DNA of 41,240 bases, taken from IMG/VR virus record IMGVR_UViG_2541047725_000010; one strand, written 5' to 3'. This DNA is from a virus. Lineage: Duplodnaviria > Heunggongvirae > Uroviricota > Caudoviricetes. The notes below the pieces were generated by a model. It was given only the letters and a program-made list of their open reading frames with translations, was not told the origin of the DNA and ran no database searches. Of the stretch, positions 28,897 through 36,219 are shown one piece after another; the stretch's first letter is position 1; each line of letters opens with the position of its first letter. Position numbers and translations under genes: made by a program.

Positions 28897-28908
28897 GTGA
28901 CATGTCAC
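28897..28908. repeat. 12-bp perfect palindrome GTGACATGTCAC, copy 2
   Basis: Overlaps the TGA stop of gene 28905-29252 in the same register as copy 1; just upstream of the late-operon leader. Confidence 0.6.
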
Positions 28909-29252
28909 AATATTAATTTCGTTTCATGCCAGCCTTTAGTCACCCAGCATTGCGAGTCACCATTACACGGGCATGAATTCACAGGAACTCTCTCGCCGCA
29001 CTTACCGCAACATTTTCTGCTGATCGATTTTATACGCCCGAGCACGCGTGCATCATCCTGGCGGATCAGTAACGCTATATACTCACCAAATTCGTAAGGC
29101 GCACGCCCGGGGCGACGCGTGGCACAGTTACGCTCCAGCATTTCAATTTCCTGAGCATCAAGCACAATTTCCAGCTTACGCACACCAGATGCAGCTTGTC
29201 TGGCTCTCTGAGCGGCTTTGCGCTCTGCGGGGGATTTAGCCACGAATCGCAC
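28905..29252 (-). CDS. Zinc-ribbon protein, possible late-gene regulator
   Basis: 115 aa; basic N-terminus; C-terminal Cys cluster CCGKCG...CPCNGDSQC; last early gene before the terminase operon; role inferred from position only. Confidence 0.4.
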   Translation of the reverse strand: MRFVAKSPAERKAAQRARQAASGVRKLEIVLDAQEIEMLERNCATRRPGRAPYEFGEYIALLIRQDDARVLGRIKSISRKCCGKCGERVPVNSCPCNGDSQCWVTKGWHETKLIL

Positions 29253-29357
29253 TCCACGCCAGATTGATTAATGACTCCCAGGCAATATAAACCCGGATAC
29301 CAGCAGCCAGGCCGAAACCAATCACCATGGCATAAAGCAGAGCGTTGCACTTGTTCA

Positions 29358-30017
29358 TTACTTCACCTCCTGCGGCGGTTCTGGCAGCGGCATCCAGTGG
29401 GTTACTTTTGATGCAGGTTCTTCTCCAATGTCAGTTACTGCCCACCATTTGTTTCTCGACCAATCGTAATACCCTTCGAAGGTATTGCACTCAGTCCAGC
29501 CGTAAGACTTACCCCAACACCAAACATACTGTTTATCGTTCGGCATTCTCTCACTACAGCTTATCCAACCATCCGGAATTACCGGAGAGTTGCCGGGTTC
29601 TTTAATGTGCAAGCGAGGCTCACCATCTTTTGGCTCAGGCCACTGGCGCTCCATGTTAATCTTCAATTTATCTTCCATAGCAACGGTAATTTCAGCATCA
29701 CTGATACCAGCACGGCGCTGTGCATCCCACAACAGAAACTGCATATCAGCCCACTCGCTAAGATCGTCTGGTTCGGCTGCGGCTTCCAGTGCCTCTTTTG
29801 AGAGATGTTTCAGCGGACCAATGGGGCCAACGCAGCCAAATGTGGAGTCAGACCATTTGGCATGCTCGTGGCGAATCTGTTCGCGTTCCAGTGATGCCAG
29901 CGCAATCCGTGCCAGTTCTTCCGCTTCTTCTGCTGGCAGTACAACGTTGCTACCAGGTCCGTATGTTTCGCGCCACTGCTTGATTGTCAGCAGTCGCTCT
30001 TTGGTAATAGTGGTCAT
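29358..30017 (-). CDS. DUF550/DUF551-like phage protein (MazG-like N-terminal, Trp-rich C-terminal domain)
   Basis: 219 aa; C-terminal Trp-rich segment typical of DUF551-type prophage proteins (from memory). Confidence 0.5.
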   Translation of the reverse strand: MTTITKERLLTIKQWRETYGPGSNVVLPAEEAEELARIALASLEREQIRHEHAKWSDSTFGCVGPIGPLKHLSKEALEAAAEPDDLSEWADMQFLLWDAQRRAGISDAEITVAMEDKLKINMERQWPEPKDGEPRLHIKEPGNSPVIPDGWISCSERMPNDKQYVWCWGKSYGWTECNTFEGYYDWSRNKWWAVTDIGEEPASKVTHWMPLPEPPQEVK

Positions 30018-30027
30018 TTGTTAGTCC

Positions 30028-30783
30028 TTAAACTGCTAGTTGCAATTGCATTTCAAAACGGTCGCGTTGTTCACAATACGCAAGAGAACCAGGGCTATTG
30101 TGTGCCTCAATCCGTTCTACCATTAATGCTGCGCGTGTCTCTTTACTTGCAGGTGCATAAGCCCCAGACCAGGCTTTATCAATACCGATGTTTCGAGCGA
30201 CGTTCGTACTATCTGCGCTGGCTAAGGGTAATTTTGTGAATATCAGCGGATTTAACATGCGCAATCCATGTAGTTTCGTAACCGGCTGACCATGCCCATC
30301 AACAATGTGACGAATCAGGTCTTTCATTCTGGCTACCGCAAGAGTTGGGCGCTTTACGTCATAGTCGCCACAACTACCGATAGCCACTCGCGGAAACTCA
30401 TTGCACAAATGAATAAATCGCTCGTCACTTTCATTCATGTGCCACACTGGAACGCCAACTAGTTTTCCGTGAGGCCACTCATTCAGAAGCGCATCATTTT
30501 CCTCCTCTCCGCCATCAATAACATCCGGGATAATGGCAAAATCGAATCCTGGGTGATTCTTCCAGCGAGCAACAAACTCGTAGTAATCGCTCCAGTCGAT
30601 TTTGTTTTTGCCAGCTGCTTTCCAGGCGGTGAATGCACCGTTGTCCAGCGCGAACGACTGACAGTATTCAGCCGCGAGATTGATCTGGCCTGAATGCGCA
30701 AAACTGATAAACGCATGTCGCCCTTTCCATGCTCTCATTGCGCACGTATCAGGAGTAATAGGCCCACCGTGGTAGTGAATCAT
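30028..30783 (-). CDS. Hypothetical protein, possible enzyme
   Basis: Start placed at ATG 30783 (AAAGGAGAG RBS), about 251 aa; begins MIHYHGGPITPD; no family recognised. Confidence 0.5.
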   Translation of the reverse strand: MIHYHGGPITPDTCAMRAWKGRHAFISFAHSGQINLAAEYCQSFALDNGAFTAWKAAGKNKIDWSDYYEFVARWKNHPGFDFAIIPDVIDGGEEENDALLNEWPHGKLVGVPVWHMNESDERFIHLCNEFPRVAIGSCGDYDVKRPTLAVARMKDLIRHIVDGHGQPVTKLHGLRMLNPLIFTKLPLASADSTNVARNIGIDKAWSGAYAPASKETRAALMVERIEAHNSPGSLAYCEQRDRFEMQLQLAV

Positions 30784-30784
30784 C

Positions 30785-31681
30785 TCACTCTCCTTTGATG
30801 CGAATGCCAGCAAGCCAGTTTCTTATGCCGATATATTCAGCGTTCCTGAAACCGCTTTTTACATATATAAATGGCAAGCGAAGATTGTGACCATTGGCTG
30901 CCAGGTAGTCTTTACAACCCTGTTCGGTGAAACAGCAGGTAACGAATTCATCAATATCTTTCACAGCAACGCGCCGCCATTTTTCTGGTGGCTCTCGAAA
31001 GTTTTCGTGAAGTAGTTCGAGACGACGACTTTGGCGTTTATTGGCTTCATTGCCATCTTCATCAACCCAGACAATCCGGTCATAGTCATAATCAGCATCA
31101 ACAACGATTTCGCGCTTTTGATACACACAAAACATAGGGTCTGACGTTATTCGATTATCCTGTGTTCGAATATTTTCACCGATGATGCCAAACGAATCTG
31201 GTGCAGATTTTGTCTGCAACTCTTCGATACGTTCAGCCATCGCAGCACACTCTTCAAAGTTGCTTAATGCTTTTCGCTCCCATTCGGCGCATTGTTTTCC
31301 AAGCTCTGCAATCAGCTTGTCTTTGCCTTCCAGCTCAACACGCAGCTTCCCTACCGTTAACGCAATCTCCTCGTTCTCCTGGTCACGGCGTTTGATGTAT
31401 TGCTGGTTTCTTTCCAGCTCATCCAGCAGCGCCAAGACGGTAGCTGGATTTGCTGCGGCGATGAATTCAGCATTGGCCTGCTGTTCTATTTGGAAATCTT
31501 CATCGAAACCGCTTTCAGGATGCGCTCCTTCAATTCTGCAAATGGGAATATATCCAGCAGCCTCGCGATGAATTAGTGCATCATCACCATCAAATCGGCC
31601 ATCTCCATATTCGAGCGACCACTCGCCACACGTTGCTTTTTCTGCCTTAGCACGCAGTGCCTGATAGTCAATCTTGCTCAC
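30785..31681 (-). CDS. Ead/Ea22-like prophage protein
   Basis: GTG start 31681 overlapping the upstream stop (GTGA); central coiled coil; N-terminal region resembles Ea22-type proteins (from memory). Confidence 0.45.
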   Translation of the reverse strand: MSKIDYQALRAKAEKATCGEWSLEYGDGRFDGDDALIHREAAGYIPICRIEGAHPESGFDEDFQIEQQANAEFIAAANPATVLALLDELERNQQYIKRRDQENEEIALTVGKLRVELEGKDKLIAELGKQCAEWERKALSNFEECAAMAERIEELQTKSAPDSFGIIGENIRTQDNRITSDPMFCVYQKREIVVDADYDYDRIVWVDEDGNEANKRQSRRLELLHENFREPPEKWRRVAVKDIDEFVTCCFTEQGCKDYLAANGHNLRLPFIYVKSGFRNAEYIGIRNWLAGIRIKGE

Positions 31682-32154
31682 TGGTTGCCTCCTTTGCGAA
31701 GCTGCTCCGCACAATGCAGCAGGGCGTCCGTCGCTTCTTTCACCGTAACGATGTCGCCATCGTCCAGCCCGGCAACCGTCGCGTCCTTAACGAACACCGA
31801 GCAAAGGTCATTAAACGCCTGCGCCCGTACTTCAGCCAAGAAAGCGTCGGTGGCTGGCATATTTCCTGTTGCCTTCATGGCATCCAAAATAACCAGAACG
31901 CCATCTCTCCCAACCGCCTCACAGATAACCTCAGTGTTGTCGCCAACAACATCGCAGAATGCCTGAACTGCTTTACGAGCCAGCTCATTCTCCGCCGCCA
32001 GCGCATTAGCACGCACCAGTTGCACTTCCAGTTGCGTTGCCAAATCGCTGATCAGCTTTGCCACACTGCGCATATCAACGGCACCACATTCTGCTTTCAG
32101 TTCCGAAGCCATCTCATGCCCGGCGGCAACTAACCCTTTGATATTACTTTCCAT
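31678..32154 (-). CDS. Hypothetical early protein
   Basis: 158 aa, Ala-rich, acidic. Confidence 0.45.
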   Translation of the reverse strand: MESNIKGLVAAGHEMASELKAECGAVDMRSVAKLISDLATQLEVQLVRANALAAENELARKAVQAFCDVVGDNTEVICEAVGRDGVLVILDAMKATGNMPATDAFLAEVRAQAFNDLCSVFVKDATVAGLDDGDIVTVKEATDALLHCAEQLRKGGNQ

Positions 32155-32215
32155 CCTTACCCTCGCTTATCCACATAACTTATTGATTACATTGATAACT
32201 AAAAAGATCGTCGAT

Positions 32216-32560
32216 TCAGAACTCTTCGATGTTCCAGCCACCACCTGCTTTCTTTGGCTTAACCGTTACCCCGATGATTCGGAACGGATACTGATCTGCG
32301 GCGACTTTGGTTTTCACCCTGGCGTCGTCGGTCCAGAAACCTTTCACTTCGTGCAGTTCCATCTCTCCGGTGGCGAGCATCACAGCGAAATCTGGCGTAT
32401 AGAACGTGTTGTCAGCTAACCGCAGCTTGATACCCTCAAATCGATACCAGACGATTTCTCCTGCACGTTTACGCATCTCAAGGTGCTGACAATACGCAGA
32501 TTCTGTTTTGTTCATCTGGCCTGTTTTGAGTCGACCAAGAGCCTGTATCTGTTTTCTCAT
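32216..32560 (-). CDS. DUF1064-like protein (putative nuclease/resolvase-like)
   Basis: 114 aa; AGEIVWYRFEGIKLRL...YTPDFAV...HEVKG pattern recalled for DUF1064; two operator-like palindromes in its leader. Confidence 0.5.
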   Translation of the reverse strand: MRKQIQALGRLKTGQMNKTESAYCQHLEMRKRAGEIVWYRFEGIKLRLADNTFYTPDFAVMLATGEMELHEVKGFWTDDARVKTKVAADQYPFRIIGVTVKPKKAGGGWNIEEF

Positions 32561-32562
32561 GA

Positions 32563-32579
32563 TTTACCCCTGAGGTAAT
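32563..32579. promoter_or_regulatory. Operator-like palindrome TTTACC-CCTGA-GGTAAT overlapping the RBS of gene 32216-32560
   Basis: Same motif family; 3 bp from the start codon. Confidence 0.45.
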
Positions 32580-32624
32580 TAAAAACCACATAAGACACGA
32601 GATCAATAGATTTTAGAATATTTT

Positions 32625-32641
32625 ATTACCTAATAGGTAAT
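32625..32641. promoter_or_regulatory. Operator-like palindrome ATTACC-TAATA-GGTAAT
   Basis: Perfect half-sites; between the P-like gene terminator and gene 32216-32560. Confidence 0.5.
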
Positions 32642-32677
32642 TATTGAGACGTAAAAAAATGCGCTATCGCGCTGGTA

Positions 32678-33478
32678 TTACTTGATAAATCCTGCCGCCT
32701 TTCCCCGCCTGTATTCCTCCATCAGCCACTGCGCCGGTGTTATTCCCCCCAAGGTGGCGGCGTTAGGCATGCACCCGAAACTTCGCCCTGGCGGGTGGTA
32801 AACGTCTCTCCCTGTGTCCGGAGGCGTACTCATGGGTTCTGGCTTTGCCTGTATGCTGATCACCGGATCGGGTATCTGCTGTCCGGAAGCCACCTTTTTC
32901 GCCCAATCATCGAGCAGCCTACGCGCGTGTTTCTCAACCTCAATCTCGCTAAGCTGGCGCTGATACATTGCACGGCGGGTATCACATACGACCCAATACA
33001 TAACCGGATGTCGCCACGGGAATCTTTCGGGACCACCAGGATATAAACTTTTTTCCTTGCTGTACCGGTGAAACTCCGCCATCACATCGTCAATGGTGAC
33101 GCCAAGAACCATCTTGCTGTCTTTGCACCACTTGATAAATTGCCCTGGCGACGGCCAGAACGGAGATTCGCTGGCGCGGGCGTGGCGCATACCAGCAGAA
33201 ACCTGTTCACGGGTTCGGATCCCCCCTTCGGCAAACGCAGCAATCCACTGCTGTTTTGCAGCAACTTCCTGCTCTGGCGTCTTCAGGTTGGTTACCACTG
33301 CCGCCGGAAACAGTTGTTTCAGCTGTTTGAAAAGGGCATCAACAAGCCTCTCTGCTGACATGTTCACCACGTTGTCATTGTTGGTGTACTGATGCTCATA
33401 ACCTGACATGCGAGAAAGGGCTTCTCCGTCACGGTTTTGTATCGCGGTAAAAACGTTGTTCACAAGAAATCCTCCCAT
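32678..33478 (-). CDS. Replication protein P-like (helicase loader)
   Basis: 266 aa; QQWIAAFAEGGIRTREQVSAGMRHARASESPFWPSPGQFIKWCKD closely parallels lambda P as recalled. Confidence 0.75.
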   Translation of the reverse strand: MGGFLVNNVFTAIQNRDGEALSRMSGYEHQYTNNDNVVNMSAERLVDALFKQLKQLFPAAVVTNLKTPEQEVAAKQQWIAAFAEGGIRTREQVSAGMRHARASESPFWPSPGQFIKWCKDSKMVLGVTIDDVMAEFHRYSKEKSLYPGGPERFPWRHPVMYWVVCDTRRAMYQRQLSEIEVEKHARRLLDDWAKKVASGQQIPDPVISIQAKPEPMSTPPDTGRDVYHPPGRSFGCMPNAATLGGITPAQWLMEEYRRGKAAGFIK

Positions 33479-34275
33479 GCTTCAGGGCTGTTCCAGTGCG
33501 GAACGTTGTTATCAGGTAATGTTGATTGCTTCTGTCTGCTAATCTGCAGCCGCCTTGCCAGCTTCTGCTCCCACTGTGCCTGATGGTATGCCTTACCCTC
33601 AGCCATCCAGTAAATTCTGAACTCTGCAAGTTCCTGTGCCGTTGGCAGACTGTCTAGGTAGATCCCCTGCAATGAGCTTTTCCGAAGAAAATCATCTGAT
33701 GGTTGCCATTGTTCATGCATGACAAATTTGCCTAATTGCCCTGGCCCACCAGGAGGAACAAAGTTATTCATCACGGCGTTGTTTGCGCCGGGGTCATGAG
33801 GCACAGAATCCCCGGTTTTTGTCCTGCTCTCCCTCTCTTGGTTAAATGACTGGTTATATGACTGGTTCTGGATCCCGTTTTTGGGATCATTCAATATCCC
33901 GTTTTTGGGATCATTCAACATCCCGTTTTTGGGTATATTCCCGTTTTCGGTAACATTACCGTTTTCGGGTTCATTGCCCCCCTCCCGGTTGCCTTTAATG
34001 TTCCCGTTTTTGGTTATATTAAGAGAGAAAACCCGCACTCTTTTTGTCGCTCCCTTTCTCTCTCCGGTATCTGAAATAAGCCCCATTTTCATGAGCGATA
34101 TAAGCCCGGCCTGCACGGTTTTTTTATTCAGGCAAGTGTCTTTAACGAGGCGTTCTATGCTGGGGTAGCAGAGGTTATATTCATCGGCTCTGTCAGCCAT
34201 CGAGAGCAGTATGAGCTTTAATGACGAGCTACCTGGATCTGTCTCCCAGGCCCAATCTGTTGCATGTCTGCTCAT
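33460..34275 (-). CDS. Replication initiator O-like (replisome organiser) containing the origin iterons
   Basis: 271 aa; N-terminal winged-helix-like region resembles the lambda O N-terminus; central repetitive peptide encoded by DNA iterons. Confidence 0.65.
   Translation of the reverse strand: MSRHATDWAWETDPGSSSLKLILLSMADRADEYNLCYPSIERLVKDTCLNKKTVQAGLISLMKMGLISDTGERKGATKRVRVFSLNITKNGNIKGNREGGNEPENGNVTENGNIPKNGMLNDPKNGILNDPKNGIQNQSYNQSFNQERESRTKTGDSVPHDPGANNAVMNNFVPPGGPGQLGKFVMHEQWQPSDDFLRKSSLQGIYLDSLPTAQELAEFRIYWMAEGKAYHQAQWEQKLARRLQISRQKQSTLPDNNVPHWNSPEAWEDFL
33872..34017. repeat. Origin-of-replication iterons (6 copies of CCCGTTTT(T/C)GGG-like core)
   Basis: Cores at about 33874, 33898, 33922, 33940, 33958 and 34003; first two units are perfect 24-bp repeats; inside the O-like gene as in lambda ori. 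Confidence 0.65.
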
Positions 34276-34290
34276 GATTAATCTCCGCTA

Positions 34291-34491
34291 TCAGCTTGAA
34301 TGTTGTGGGGAGGAATTAATCATGATCTGCTTAATCTCTGCCCTGATACGACGGTTTGATTCCATGGTGCACTCAACACAGTGTCCGTTGTAAACCCAGC
34401 GTTCACTGTCATGTCCGTGCTTACATGTTTTTCCGGTGTAGTAGCGTTTAAGTCCGCGCTTTGCGGCATCAATACGTGTAATGATTTCCAT
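34291..34491 (-). CDS. Small Cys/His-rich protein at the cII position
   Basis: Start placed at ATG 34491 (track ORF begins with TTG at 34554); motif CKHGH...CVEC; function unknown. Confidence 0.4.
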   Translation of the reverse strand: MEIITRIDAAKRGLKRYYTGKTCKHGHDSERWVYNGHCVECTMESNRRIRAEIKQIMINSSPQHSS

Positions 34492-34570
34492 GGTAAGCCC
34501 TGTTATTAGTATTGGGATTACGGTCATTTTGTGCTGACACAAAAAAAAGATCAACCAGATTTGGTTTTTT

Positions 34571-34587
34571 ATTACCTTTGAGGTGCG
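34571..34587. promoter_or_regulatory. Degenerate operator-like site ATTACC-TTTGA-GGTGCG
   Basis: One perfect and one degenerate half-site upstream of gene 34291-34554. Confidence 0.3.
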
Positions 34588-34641
34588 AATAGATATGAAA
34601 AGACCGCCGGGTGGCGGTCTACAGAGGGTTGTGGCTGGATA

Positions 34642-34872
34642 TCATGAGTAGAAGAAGTATGCCAGTTCTGCTTTTGAGCGCAGCCATTGTCTTGTTTTAC
34701 AGGCTTTAAAAAGCCCATTCATCAATACTTTACCTGGCATTTTGCGCTTACCTGTTAAGTGAGTCTGGATATAGTGACTCGTCGTTCCGGCTTCCTGTGC
34801 GAAGGCTTCACGCTCATCCGGAGTAAGTGCAAGCCAGTGCTTTTTGAAATCGAAATGTCCGTTATCGCTCAT
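34642..34872 (-). CDS. Cro-like HTH transcriptional regulator
   Basis: 76 aa; first gene of the minus-strand early operon, divergent from the repressor-like gene; HTH-like segment. Confidence 0.55.
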   Translation of the reverse strand: MSDNGHFDFKKHWLALTPDEREAFAQEAGTTSHYIQTHLTGKRKMPGKVLMNGLFKACKTRQWLRSKAELAYFFYS

Positions 34873-34955
34873 AGCTATTGCCTGATATTTATTTCAGATA
34901 ATAAATATTCACCCATAAGGTAACAAAAATCAAGGATAGTTACCTATGGGGTGCA

Positions 34956-34972
34956 TTTACCTGTTGGGTAAT
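34956..34972. promoter_or_regulatory. Operator-like palindrome TTTACC-TGTTG-GGTAAT in the divergent immunity region
   Basis: Within the 154-bp gap between the cro-like and repressor-like genes; a second inverted pair GGTAAC...GTTACC lies at 34919-34944. Confidence 0.5.
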
Positions 34973-35026
34973 ATTGCTTTAAATTGAATCATCTACTGAT
35001 TCATATACGAGGCGATTTTCCAGAAA

Positions 35027-35611
35027 ATGAAAAGTATCCAGGACGTCCGCAGGCAAAATCTCAACGACTTGATCGACCGTGAATTCAATGGTGTTCAGAC
35101 GCGGATGGCAGAAAAACTTGGAACTCAGGCAAATCTGGTAAACCGCTGGGCTCTTGGCAAGAAGGTTATCGGCGACCAGGTTGCGCGAAAAATTGAAGCT
35201 GCCGCCAATAAACCCCGTAACTGGCTTGATATCGATCGCTCGCTTTCTCAGGAAGGTTTTCAGCCTGTCGGCCCAAGCGACATTGGTCAGCTGGCGGCTC
35301 ACAACCTGGAACGCTGGATGAGCGAAAGCCGCGACCTTTCAACACAGGGAAAACTTCACCGCGCATCCGGCGTCGCCCAGGTGACAATCAGCCGCCTGTT
35401 AAACAATGAGGTCAGCGTTTCCATTTCCACCCTGGAGAATGTTGCATCCGCATTCGGGCGTCACGGCTATGAATTACTGATTCACCCGCACGACCCTGCG
35501 ACCATCAACTATGACCGCTCGCGCTACGCATTGTTACCCGAAACCGAGAAAGCAAAGATCGAAAGTTACATTGAATTTGTCATCAACCAGAACGAAAAAA
35601 ACAAACAATAA
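35027..35611 (+). CDS. Repressor-like regulator with two HTH domains, no recognisable S24 peptidase domain
   Basis: 194 aa; two HTH-like segments (GVQTRMAEKLGTQANLVNRW and ASGVAQVTISRLLNNEVSVS); divergent from the cro-like gene. Confidence 0.6.
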   Translation: MKSIQDVRRQNLNDLIDREFNGVQTRMAEKLGTQANLVNRWALGKKVIGDQVARKIEAAANKPRNWLDIDRSLSQEGFQPVGPSDIGQLAAHNLERWMSESRDLSTQGKLHRASGVAQVTISRLLNNEVSVSISTLENVASAFGRHGYELLIHPHDPATINYDRSRYALLPETEKAKIESYIEFVINQNEKNKQ

Positions 35612-35631
35612 AATCATATTTTTCAGTAAGT

Positions 35632-35656
35632 AAGCCGCCTTCTGGCGGCTTTTTTA
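35632..35656 (+). terminator. Intrinsic terminator after the repressor-like gene
   Basis: AAGCCGCC-ttct-GGCGGCTT followed by a T-run. Confidence 0.7.
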
Positions 35657-35667
35657 TTGTCTACACA

Positions 35668-35684
35668 ATTACCTTAAGGGTAAT
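35668..35684. promoter_or_regulatory. Operator-like palindrome ATTACC-TTAAG-GGTAAT
   Basis: Perfect half-sites just downstream of the terminator. Confidence 0.5.
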
Positions 35685-35702
35685 TTTTTTAACTCATATC
35701 TA

Positions 35703-35746
35703 TTGACACCAAACCAAATACGCATAATCATTACCTCAACGGTAAC
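35703..35746 (+). promoter_or_regulatory. Candidate early promoter (TTGACA ... CATAAT) with operator ATTACC-TCAAC-GGTAAC at its start region
   Basis: TTGACA at 35703-35708, CATAAT at 35723-35728 (short spacer of about 14 bp), palindrome at 35730-35746; drives the plus-strand operon from 35765. Confidence 0.4.
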
Positions 35747-35764
35747 AGACCGAGGTAACAAGTT

Positions 35765-35917
35765 ATGCAGTGGAAAATCATCAACGGTTGGTACTGCGTT
35801 ACTGCATGCGGATTCATGAGCTGGAAGTTCCGCACCTTACAGGAAGGCATTAAGTGGGCTTTCGTCAGCAAAGAAGCTCGCGATGTGGCCAACGATAACG
35901 AGATATGGGAGGGCTGA
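35765..35917 (+). CDS. Possible small protein (50 aa)
   Basis: Below track threshold; GAGGT RBS; Trp/Cys-containing. Confidence 0.3.
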   Translation: MQWKIINGWYCVTACGFMSWKFRTLQEGIKWAFVSKEARDVANDNEIWEG

Positions 35918-35919
35918 TA

Positions 35920-36219
35920 ATGAACGTTAATCAGCAGAAAAATCTTCAAAAAATCATGCTGGCATTCGACAAGGACTACCGCCTGTCAGAACAGCTATAT
36001 GACCGACAAGTCGAACTGATTGAGAGTATCCGGCTTCATCAACTGGCCTCAACTTTTGACGTTGTAACAGGCAAAGGCGTTCGTCAGGAAGTGCTGGAGG
36101 CCGCTAAAGACAGCCCTGAGTTCGAAGAACTAATGGATGCCTACCGGCGAGAGGCAATGGCAATTATCGCCCGCTGGGATCTGGCGGATCAGCTTGATGG
36201 ACAGAAGGACGCGGCATGA
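35920..36219 (+). CDS. Hypothetical early protein
   Basis: 99 aa from ATG 35920; ATGA overlap with the exonuclease gene. Confidence 0.45.
   Translation: MNVNQQKNLQKIMLAFDKDYRLSEQLYDRQVELIESIRLHQLASTFDVVTGKGVRQEVLEAAKDSPEFEELMDAYRREAMAIIARWDLADQLDGQKDAA

Noticed and set aside
29075-29350. 91-aa minus-strand ORF
   Set aside because: Overlaps gene 28905-29252 in another frame; the hand-found 39-codon coupled ORF better explains the upstream part of this interval.
34979-35302. 107-aa minus-strand ORF
   Set aside because: Antisense to the repressor-like gene, which has clear HTH motifs and a terminator; the antisense frame has no support.
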